A stretch of 64,000 nt of DNA from Mangrovibacterium sp. (GTDB lineage: Bacteria; Bacteroidota; Bacteroidia; Bacteroidales; Prolixibacteraceae): the NCBI GenBank assembly GCA_047972995.1, contig JBKEBD010000002.1, positions 204,330 to 268,329 on the forward strand, given 5' to 3'. Shown here in pieces: positions 57,253-64,000 of the stretch. How positions within the stretch are numbered: the first letter of the stretch is position 1; the number at the start of each line of letters is the position of its first letter. Both the position numbers and the translations under genes were made by a program. Under the pieces are notes generated by a model. That model saw nothing but the letters and a program-made list of their open reading frames with translations. It did no database searches and had not been told where the DNA came from.

Positions 57253-57324
57253 CTAATTGCATAAGCAAGCGCCGGAGGCACGAAATGTCAATGCATTTCG
57301 CATCTTCGGCGCTTGTGCAATTAG
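57253..57324. other. 72-nt extended hairpin (25 bp) in a convergent intergenic region, without U-tract
   Basis: The outer 9 bp are CTAATTGCA/TGCAATTAG. After a 4-nt bulge come 9 bp CAAGCGCCG/CGGCGCTTG, then a 6x6 internal loop, then 7 bp CGAAATG/CATTTCG with a 6-nt loop. Confidence 0.6.
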
Positions 57325-57389
57325 GTGGGGAACACCTCGCTACTATAATACCGCTCTTTCAGAAATTTTTGGGGTGGTGTTTTGCACCT

Positions 57390-58499
57390 TCAAATCAAAC
57401 TATACATCTTTCCCACATGGCTTCGCACCACTCCCTTAAATTCGAGGCTGAAAAGAAGGCTGAGTGCTTTACTGATGGGTATCTGTGCCGAATGGCAAAG
57501 CACGTCGATAAATATTGGCTCTTTGCTCAGGTGCTTACATAAGGCTTCTTCTTCGGCGGAAAGCTCAATAAACAATTGGCGCTGAGCCTCGGGTTTTGCT
57601 TTGTTTTTTTGCTGCCAATCCATAATATATTCCAAATCGGATAGTCTGTGCATGAGGTGGGCTTGATTGCTTTTGATGAGCTGGTTGCAGCCTGCGGAAT
57701 ATTTATCGGTGTTTCTGCCGGGGAATGCAAATACATCGTGGTTGTAAGAGTTTGCAATGTCGGCGGTAACCAAGGATCCTCCTTTGGCAGCCGATTCTAC
57801 CACGACTGTGCAGCTAGACAGTCCTGCAACAATACGGTTTCGGCTTAAAAAGTTGTTGGGTACCATGGCTGTTCCTGTGGTGAACTCGGTGATGAGTGCA
57901 CCTTGTTGGTAAAGCATATCTTTGGCAAGTTCGCGGTGCTTGGTGGGGTATATTTGGTCGAGCCCATGGGCTAGCACTCCCCAAGTGGGCACCTGATGCT
58001 TTAGGCACGCTCTATGTGCAATGCCATCGATGCCATAGGCTAGTCCGCTTACAACAATGTAGTTTCCTTTGTCTGCCATTTCGGCAATGAGTTGCTCAGT
58101 GCAGTCTAAGCCATAAGGTGTAGATTTTCGAGTACCCACTATCGAAACGATGCGCTGGGCATTCCAATTGATTTTTCCTTTGGCAAAGAGTAGTACAGGA
58201 GAGTCGGCGCAGTTTTTTAGTCGGTGGGGAAAATCGTTGTCATACCAGCTATAGGCTTGAATGTTCTTTTTGTGAATGAATTCAAGCTCACGCATTCCAA
58301 CATCAAGCTGAAGATGAGCGTAGAGGCTATTGGCAAGCTTCTTCCCAATGCCATCGACAGAGGTGAAGTGATTGTTCTTTGCTTTGAATATTTCTTCGGT
58401 GTTTCCAAAGGCAGAAATTAAATTTCGGATGGTTTGCCCACCTATGCTGGGAATCCGATTTAGGGTTATTAACCGTGCAATTTCTAAATCTTCTGCCAT
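57390..58499 (-). CDS. dprA: DNA-processing protein DprA (Smf)
   Basis: 369 aa with an N-terminal SAM-like region, a Rossmann core (VVSGLAYGIDGIAHRA...GGSLVTADIA) and a C-terminal winged helix. Confidence 0.93.
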   Translation of the reverse strand: MAEDLEIARLITLNRIPSIGGQTIRNLISAFGNTEEIFKAKNNHFTSVDGIGKKLANSLYAHLQLDVGMRELEFIHKKNIQAYSWYDNDFPHRLKNCADSPVLLFAKGKINWNAQRIVSIVGTRKSTPYGLDCTEQLIAEMADKGNYIVVSGLAYGIDGIAHRACLKHQVPTWGVLAHGLDQIYPTKHRELAKDMLYQQGALITEFTTGTAMVPNNFLSRNRIVAGLSSCTVVVESAAKGGSLVTADIANSYNHDVFAFPGRNTDKYSAGCNQLIKSNQAHLMHRLSDLEYIMDWQQKNKAKPEAQRQLFIELSAEEEALCKHLSKEPIFIDVLCHSAQIPISKALSLLFSLEFKGVVRSHVGKMYSLI

Positions 58500-58954
58500 G
58501 CTTTTTTATTTTCAGCAATGATTTCTTGCATATCTTTTTCAATCAAATCGATTTCAATGTCGGTGAGCCCAACGAGGCTTACATCAGGGTATTCTAAAAT
58601 TCCACGTTGAGTTTTGATGTGAATGCTAAGGTCGGCAAACACATTAGAGCGGGTAATTGTGGCTTTGTGAAGCAAACTTTTGTCGAAGTCGATTGAAGCA
58701 TAAGTGCTGTTAAACAAGCTTGAAGCAGGGTGGTAGCGAAGAATAAAAGTTTCTTCGTCGCTATTGTAGTAAATGTAGTTGGCTTGAAAAAATTGCATTA
58801 AGCTGAGTCCCACAATAAATAAACCGCCAAGAATCCAAGCCCAGAGCGAGTGGTCGAACCAAACGCAAAGTGCTCCCAGAATGATGATGCTAAGCATACT
58901 TATGGTGTAGAATCGTTTGATTTTAATTGTTCTTTTTTTGTTAGAAAGCTCCAT
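58484..58954 (-). CDS. Hypothetical two-TM membrane protein, translationally coupled to dprA
   Basis: 156 aa with two TM helices followed by about 100 aa cytoplasmic beta-rich domain. Its 3' end overlaps the dprA start by 16 nt. Confidence 0.55.
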   Translation of the reverse strand: MELSNKKRTIKIKRFYTISMLSIIILGALCVWFDHSLWAWILGGLFIVGLSLMQFFQANYIYYNSDEETFILRYHPASSLFNSTYASIDFDKSLLHKATITRSNVFADLSIHIKTQRGILEYPDVSLVGLTDIEIDLIEKDMQEIIAENKKAWQKI

Positions 58955-59055
58955 TTGCTGTTAAAATATTAATGGTTTGCATTGTTTTTTGTGAAAATCA
59001 TTAGACGGAAGGTGCGTACTATAATTATTAATTATTAAATTTGTTTTCATTCAAA

Positions 59056-60129
59056 ATGACATTCATGAAAGCATCAAAAATACAAGCTAATATTATCTTT
59101 TCCCAACAAGTGACCGAGGAATTACAAAAAATAGTATCCAGCTATCCAAATAATCAAGTTTTTCTGCTCACCGAAACTACGCCACATGAGCTTTGTTTGC
59201 CTCGCATTCAGCAGGTGATTGATGAAAATAATATTCATGTTATTTGTATTGAAGGAGGCGAAAATAATAAAACTATCGCTTCTTGCGAGCAAGTGTGGCA
59301 GGCTCTTTCTGCGCATGGAGCCGACCGGAAATCGCTACTGATAAACATTGGGGGGGGGGTGATTACCGATTTGGGCGGATTTGTGGCGTCAACCTTTAAG
59401 CGAGGAATAGACTTTGTGAATATTCCCACAACTCTGCTTTCGCAAGTTGATGCATCGCTAGGCGGAAAAACAGGGGTGAACTTTAACGGGCTGAAAAATG
59501 AAATTGGTGTATTTAACGAGCCTGTAGCAGTTATTATCGACACTAATTTTCTGCGCACAATTGACCATGCGAACGTGCTTTCGGGCTATGCTGAAATGAT
59601 TAAGCATGGGCTGATTAAAAGTGAGCAACACCTAGAGGAGTTGAAGAAGTTTGATTTAGAGCAGCTCGACTATGTAGAGTTGGAACGACTCATTGCACAA
59701 TCGAATGCGATTAAGGAATGGCACGTGGTGAATGATTTCCGCGAAAGCGGCATTCGCAAGGCATTGAATTTTGGGCACACCGTGGGGCACGCTTTCGAGA
59801 GCTTTGCTCTTCACGATGGACGACCTATTCTGCATGGTCATGCTGTGGTTTACGGTATGCTTGTAGAGCTTTATTTATCGACCAAACTTTGTGGATTCTC
59901 CGAGCAAGATTTTCAAACGCTTTGCTCGTGGTTGACCGATATATACGGTAAATTTGAAATAGAAGAAAAAGATTACGATGAGTTGTTTGAGCTAATGACC
60001 CACGATAAGAAAAATAGCGCAGGACAAATAAACTTCACCTTGCTTAATGCCATTGGTGAGGTACAAATTAACCAACATTGCGAGGCTGAAATGCTTCGGT
60101 CGGCTGTTGCCTATTATCAACAACTATAA
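59056..60129 (+). CDS. aroB: 3-dehydroquinate synthase
   Basis: Glycine loop IGGGVITDLGGFVASTFKRGI, metal ligands (EMIKHG, GHTVGHA, HGHAV). Start at the ATG (MTFMKAS). Confidence 0.93.
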   Translation: MTFMKASKIQANIIFSQQVTEELQKIVSSYPNNQVFLLTETTPHELCLPRIQQVIDENNIHVICIEGGENNKTIASCEQVWQALSAHGADRKSLLINIGGGVITDLGGFVASTFKRGIDFVNIPTTLLSQVDASLGGKTGVNFNGLKNEIGVFNEPVAVIIDTNFLRTIDHANVLSGYAEMIKHGLIKSEQHLEELKKFDLEQLDYVELERLIAQSNAIKEWHVVNDFRESGIRKALNFGHTVGHAFESFALHDGRPILHGHAVVYGMLVELYLSTKLCGFSEQDFQTLCSWLTDIYGKFEIEEKDYDELFELMTHDKKNSAGQINFTLLNAIGEVQINQHCEAEMLRSAVAYYQQL

Positions 60130-60159
60130 CCAAGTATCCAACATTTAAGCATTCAAAAT

Positions 60160-61392
60160 ATGAAGTACAGCATTAACGCACAACATATTAAAAACATACA
60201 GACTAAAATTAATTTGCCATCGTCGAAAAGCATTGCCAATCGTGCGCTTATTATCAATTCGCTAAGTAATAGCAGCTATCCGATTCTGAATCTTTCGGAA
60301 AGCGACGATACTAAGGTGCTTAATCAGGTGTTGCAATCGAGCGATAATGTTTGTGACATTGGTCATGCGGGCACAGCTATGCGATTTCTCACCGCTTTCC
60401 TATCGCAAGTGGTGGGTAGTTGGGTGCTTACGGGTTCCGACCGCATGAAGCAACGCCCCATTCAGGTGTTGGTAGAGGCGTTGAGGAAGTTGGGGGCGAA
60501 AATAAGCTATGAAGAGCAAGAAGGATATCCGCCGCTACACATTGAAGGCACGAAACTTGAAGGTGGTGTTTTGGAACTCGATGGAAGTGTGAGTAGTCAA
60601 TATATTTCGGCTCTGCTTATGATTGCCCCAACGCTAAAAGGTGGGCTAACATTGAAGCTAACCAATCGGGTAACTTCGCGCTCTTACATTGACATGACCC
60701 TCGGGCTGATGAGGCAATATGGCGTGCAGTCGGAATGGTTGAGTAAGAATGAAATTCGTATAGCAGAACAAAAATATCGCCCGATAAATTTCACGGTAGA
60801 AAGCGATTGGTCGGGAGCTTCTTATATGTATGAACTTCTGGCAATGCTGCCTCAAGGAGAGATTTTCTTGCCTAATATTCACCTAAATAGTTTGCAAGGC
60901 GATTGTGCTATTGCCTCGTGGTTTGAGGCTTTCGGTGTGCAGAGTATTCCGCAAGGAAGTGGTATTTTGTTGAAAAAAGAAAAACCGCAGCAGCCTGAAA
61001 GATTAGATCTCGACTTTATTTTAAATCCGGATATAGCGCAAACCATGGCAGTGATTTGTGTTATGCAGAAAGTGCCTTTCCATTTTACAGGATTGGAAAC
61101 CTTGAAGATAAAGGAAACAAATCGGATTGCAGCCTTGCAGAATGAATTGGCTAAGTTTGGCGCGCGACTAGAAGAGCCCCAACATGGCGAATTGAGTTGG
61201 GATGGAACATTTCCTTTTGTGCCACAAGATAAACCGCTCATTTCAACCTATCACGACCATCGCATGGCATTGGCATTTGCGCCGGCAGCTTTGTTTGTGG
61301 CGTTGGAAATTGACGATCCGATGGTGATAACTAAATCGTATCCACGATACTATGATGATTTGAAGCAGATGGGATTTCAAATCGAGCATTAG
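60160..61392 (+). CDS. aroA: 3-phosphoshikimate 1-carboxyvinyltransferase (EPSP synthase)
   Basis: 410 aa with LPSSKSIANRALI, GHAGTAMRFL, MKQRPI, KETNRI and DHRMAL. Confidence 0.95.
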   Translation: MKYSINAQHIKNIQTKINLPSSKSIANRALIINSLSNSSYPILNLSESDDTKVLNQVLQSSDNVCDIGHAGTAMRFLTAFLSQVVGSWVLTGSDRMKQRPIQVLVEALRKLGAKISYEEQEGYPPLHIEGTKLEGGVLELDGSVSSQYISALLMIAPTLKGGLTLKLTNRVTSRSYIDMTLGLMRQYGVQSEWLSKNEIRIAEQKYRPINFTVESDWSGASYMYELLAMLPQGEIFLPNIHLNSLQGDCAIASWFEAFGVQSIPQGSGILLKKEKPQQPERLDLDFILNPDIAQTMAVICVMQKVPFHFTGLETLKIKETNRIAALQNELAKFGARLEEPQHGELSWDGTFPFVPQDKPLISTYHDHRMALAFAPAALFVALEIDDPMVITKSYPRYYDDLKQMGFQIEH

Positions 61393-61487
61393 TCTTCATT
61401 TGCGGGTAGAGCTAGTTCCGTTTGTCGATTTTTTAATTAGATAGTTGGTATTATTCTCAATATTTGCGTTCTTTGAAAATAGAACTA

Positions 61488-62588
61488 ATGCAAAACAAAA
61501 TGCAGAATACGTATTGTATCATTATTGCTGGAGGACTGGGGCGCAGGTTCTGGCCTATTAGCAATGCTAAAAACCCAAAGCAGTTTTTAGATATATTGGG
61601 CATGGGGCAGACTTTCATTCAAATGACCTATCGTCGCTTCAAGCACGTTTGCCCACCAGAAAATATTATTGTAGTGGCTAATGAAGCGCATCGCGATTTG
61701 GTGCGTGAGCAGTTGCCAGACCTAGATGACCAACAAATCTTGCTAGAACCCCTCCGTAGAAATACGGCGCCGAGCATAGCTTATGCTGCAAGTAAGATTA
61801 AAAAGAAATGTCCTCATGCAAATTTGGTTATCACGCCGGCCGACCAAATTATCTTGCACGAGGCCGAATTTTATGGGCAGCTAGAAGTGGGCTTGAATCA
61901 TGTGCGAGAAAATCGCTCGATTATGACCATCGGCACGAAAGCCACTCGTCCGGAAACCTCTTTCGGCTATATTCAGGTTGGCGATTGTATTGACGAGGAG
62001 CGACTTCCGAATATCTATCAAATGAAAACCTTCACCGAGAAACCCAATGAAGAAATGGCATCCATTTTTTATGATAGCGGCGAGTTTTTCTGGAACACCG
62101 GAATTATAGTGAGTTCGGTAGAGGCTCTAGATCGGGCTTATGCCAAATATCAGCCTGATATGTATGCTAGATTCTTTTGCGATGGCGTGGAGAAATATGG
62201 CACTTCTAGCGAAGCGAATTTTGTGAAGAAGGTGTATTCTGAATGCTCAAATATATCGGTAGATTATGCCATTTTAGAACGTGTGGATGAAGTGTTCGTG
62301 CTGTGCTCCGATTTTGGTTGGAGTGATATTGGTACTTGGACAAATGCTTATCACCAGCTAGAAAAAGATGAAAGTTTGAATGTGGTGAGTGGCGAAGATA
62401 TCTTTTGTTATGATGCTCATCGTAATGTTATTCACTCTGAAACCGATAGGTTGGTTATTTTGAGTGGTGTGAACGACTATATAGTGGTAGATACCGAAAG
62501 TGTGCTTATGTTGTGTAAGAAAAATGATGAGAAGAATATTCGTTATTTTCTGAATGACATTCGACTAAGAACTAATAGAGATCTTTAG
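61488..62588 (+). CDS. Mannose-1-phosphate guanylyltransferase-like sugar nucleotidyltransferase
   Basis: N-terminal IIAGGLGRRFWPIS motif and FGYIQ, FTEKP, FFWNTGI. It lacks a C-terminal isomerase/cupin domain. Confidence 0.85.
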   Translation: MQNKMQNTYCIIIAGGLGRRFWPISNAKNPKQFLDILGMGQTFIQMTYRRFKHVCPPENIIVVANEAHRDLVREQLPDLDDQQILLEPLRRNTAPSIAYAASKIKKKCPHANLVITPADQIILHEAEFYGQLEVGLNHVRENRSIMTIGTKATRPETSFGYIQVGDCIDEERLPNIYQMKTFTEKPNEEMASIFYDSGEFFWNTGIIVSSVEALDRAYAKYQPDMYARFFCDGVEKYGTSSEANFVKKVYSECSNISVDYAILERVDEVFVLCSDFGWSDIGTWTNAYHQLEKDESLNVVSGEDIFCYDAHRNVIHSETDRLVILSGVNDYIVVDTESVLMLCKKNDEKNIRYFLNDIRLRTNRDL

Positions 62589-62685
62589 TGTTAATACGAG
62601 GCTGAAGATGGGTCTTGACAATTTGCGCGAAACGTAAAAATATAAACAAAATGAGCTTGGGGCTTTCATTTTTCAGAAAGCTTTG

Positions 62686-62693
62686 TATATTTG
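62686..62693 (+). promoter_or_regulatory. -7 box (TATATTTG) for tRNA-Leu
   Basis: TAnnTTTG match ending 16 nt before the first tRNA nucleotide. Confidence 0.5.
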
Positions 62694-62708
62694 CAGGCTC
62701 AAAGCGTT

Positions 62709-62794
62709 GCCCAGGTGATGAAATTGGTAGACATGCCAGCTTGAGGGGCTGGTGCTGGTTTTACGGCGTGCAGGTTCGAATCCCGTCCTGGGCA
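62709..62794 (+). tRNA. tRNA-Leu (anticodon GAG), class II with long variable arm
   Basis: Acceptor stem GCCCAGG/CCTGGGC with discriminator A, a 3-bp D stem with AATTGGTAGA loop, and anticodon stem CCAGC/GCTGG with loop TTGAGGG. The variable arm is GCTG-GTTTTA-CGGC and the T-loop is GGTTCGAATCC. There is one A-C mismatch in the T stem. No encoded CCA. Confidence 0.85.
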
Positions 62795-62800
62795 CAAAAC

Positions 62801-62840
62801 AAAAACTCTTGATTGGTTTATTCAGTCTAGAGTTTTTTTT
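62801..62840 (+). terminator. Rho-independent terminator after tRNA-Leu
   Basis: AAAAACTCT / AGAGTTTTT 9-bp stem with a 19-nt loop, running into T8. Confidence 0.7.
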
Positions 62841-62999
62841 ATTGCTATAATTCTTCTGTCCATTGCCACTCACAAAAAGAACATCTTCCGCAAGGTTGAA
62901 GTCAACAGCACCCACGAAGCCACCAAATATGCGCTCTGAAACGGGCTGATTGAAATGGTGGAATATTATAATCTAGGGAATCTTTTGTATCTTTGTTTT

Positions 63000-63055
63000 C
63001 TCAAGGGAACTTCCAAAAATTAGTTTTTAATTGGGAGGTTGCTCAAGGGAACTTC
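63000..63055 (+). promoter_or_regulatory. Two 14-nt direct repeats CTCAAGGGAACTTC in the thiL leader/promoter region
   Basis: Exact copies at 63000-63013 and 63042-63055 (42-bp spacing). They lie just downstream of a -7 box TATCTTTG (62988-62995) and upstream of the thiL ATG at 63070. Confidence 0.4.
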
Positions 63056-63069
63056 TAAATTTAGTAATC

Positions 63070-64000
63070 ATGAATTCAACACCTATATCAAGCATTGGTG
63101 AATTTGGACTAATCCAAAAGCTCACCAATCAAATCGAAATCAAAAACCCTAGCACTGTCAAAGGTGTGGGCGATGATGCCGCTATTCTAGACTATCAAGG
63201 GAAGCAGCAAGTGGTAACCACCGACCTCCTCGTGGAAGGCATTCACTTCAACCTGATGTATGTGCCCCTGCGACACCTCGGCTACAAATCGGTGATGGTG
63301 AACCTCTCGGATGTTTTCGCCATGAATGCTGTGCCGAAACAAATCACGGTGTCGATTGCCATTTCCAATCGCTTCACTATTGAAGCGATTGAGGAACTCT
63401 ATGCTGGAATTTATGACGCTTGCGATAAGTTTGATGTCGATTTGGTGGGGGGCGACACTACTAGTTCTATGACGGGATTGGTAATTAGCATCACTGCCCT
63501 TGGCGAGGTGGATGCCAATAAAGCTGCAAAACGCGATGGTGCAAAGGTGACCGACCTCATCTGTGTGTCGGGCGACTTGGGCGGTGCCTACATGGGGCTG
63601 CAACTCTTGGAGCGTGAAAACGAAGTTTTCAAAGCAAACCCCAACGAGCAACCTCAATTGGCTGGCTACGACTATATTCTTCAGCGACAATTGAGCCCCG
63701 AAGCTCGTGGCGACATTCAGCAGGTACTTGAAAATCTCGGCATTGTGCCAACTTCTATGATTGACATTTCCGATGGTCTTTCTTCGGAACTGATGCACAT
63801 CTGTACCAAGTCGGGTGTGGGCTGTGCGGTTTACGAAGAGCGCATTCCGCTTGACAATCAAACAAAAGCTTTCGCCGAAGAACTGAGCATCAATCCACTA
63901 GTGGCGGCACTCAATGGTGGCGAAGATTACGAATTGCTTTTCACGGTGCCCATTACCGAGCACGACAAAATCAAAAACGACCCCGACATTACTATCATTG
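63070..64000 (+). CDS. thiL: Thiamine-monophosphate kinase (3' end outside window)
   Basis: The frame is open from the ATG at 63070 to the window end. Motifs are IGEFGLI, GDDAAIL, DLLVEGIHF, GGDTTSS and GEDYELLFT. It is not in the supplied ORF track because it has no stop within the window. Confidence 0.92.
   Translation, partial: MNSTPISSIGEFGLIQKLTNQIEIKNPSTVKGVGDDAAILDYQGKQQVVTTDLLVEGIHFNLMYVPLRHLGYKSVMVNLSDVFAMNAVPKQITVSIAISNRFTIEAIEELYAGIYDACDKFDVDLVGGDTTSSMTGLVISITALGEVDANKAAKRDGAKVTDLICVSGDLGGAYMGLQLLERENEVFKANPNEQPQLAGYDYILQRQLSPEARGDIQQVLENLGIVPTSMIDISDGLSSELMHICTKSGVGCAVYEERIPLDNQTKAFAEELSINPLVAALNGGEDYELLFTVPITEHDKIKNDPDITII

Noticed and set aside
62850-63069. Possible TPP riboswitch upstream of thiL.
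   Set aside because: There is no CUGAGA core, no ACCUGAUCUGGAUAAUGCCAGCG-like helix and no terminator or sequestrator. Only the 14-nt direct repeats are notable.
63187-63861. 224-aa minus-strand ORF, the longest unexplained entry in the ORF track.
   Set aside because: It lies entirely antisense to the thiL reading frame, which carries the clear GDDAAIL, GGDTTSS and GEDYELLFT motifs. Its own translation is low-complexity and His/Arg-rich with no motif. It is a shadow ORF.
1-64000. Scan for CRISPR arrays, rRNA genes, additional tRNAs (GGTTCGAATCC-type T-loops), integrases or recombinases, reverse transcriptases, toxin-antitoxin pairs and known defence cassettes.
   Set aside because: None was found by eye. 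The only regularly spaced repeats are the 41-42-bp arrays described above, which lack CRISPR-like unique spacers. A by-eye scan can miss short or degenerate elements.

Overview
This is a chromosomal window from a Bacteroidota-type genome. Supporting signs are TAnnTTTG -7 promoter boxes in front of many genes, a decayed hybrid two-component-system gene, a long-form PurF, and SPOR, S41 and DsbD envelope genes.

About 50 protein genes are present and nearly all are housekeeping:
- Translation and nucleic acids: yceD-rpmF, metG, valS, an RluB-type pseudouridine synthase, yraN, dprA, a PIF1/RecD-like helicase, tRNA-Leu(GAG).
- Metabolism: dCMP deaminase, purF, glmM, folE-yaaA, pfkA, sdaA, sufBCD, pyrC, mdh, a type II glutamine synthetase, aroB-aroA, a mannose-1-P guanylyltransferase, and the 5' part of thiL.
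- Envelope and transport: two S41 C-terminal processing proteases, an NhaP-type K+/H+ antiporter, a Cys-type arylsulfatase, dsbD, and a ThrE-type exporter pair.

I saw no CRISPR array, rRNA, integrase, reverse transcriptase or recognisable defence or toxin cassette, and no unambiguous novel multi-gene system. The candidates worth a second look are:
1. A MarR-controlled 811-aa fusion of CoA-disulfide/persulfide reductase, rhodanese, TusA and DsrE. It sits beside an MBL-fold protein and a sufBCD operon that lacks sufS and sufE.
2. A 1059-aa ABCG-like half transporter with a long N-terminal regulatory extension and an extra C-terminal domain, co-oriented with an all-alpha lipoprotein.
3. An eroded segment at 34.4-36.8 kb holding a truncated, twice frameshifted HTCS pseudogene and a 602-bp element bounded by roughly 40-bp inverted repeats.
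4. A degenerate 41-42-bp tandem repeat family present at two loci.
5. A roughly 190-nt inverted-repeat-closed structured element ending in T9, in a 750-nt gene desert.
6. Small REP-like palindromes, a 72-nt perfect-looking hairpin, and a few orphan small ORFs.

All family calls come from motif recognition by eye. No searches were run.
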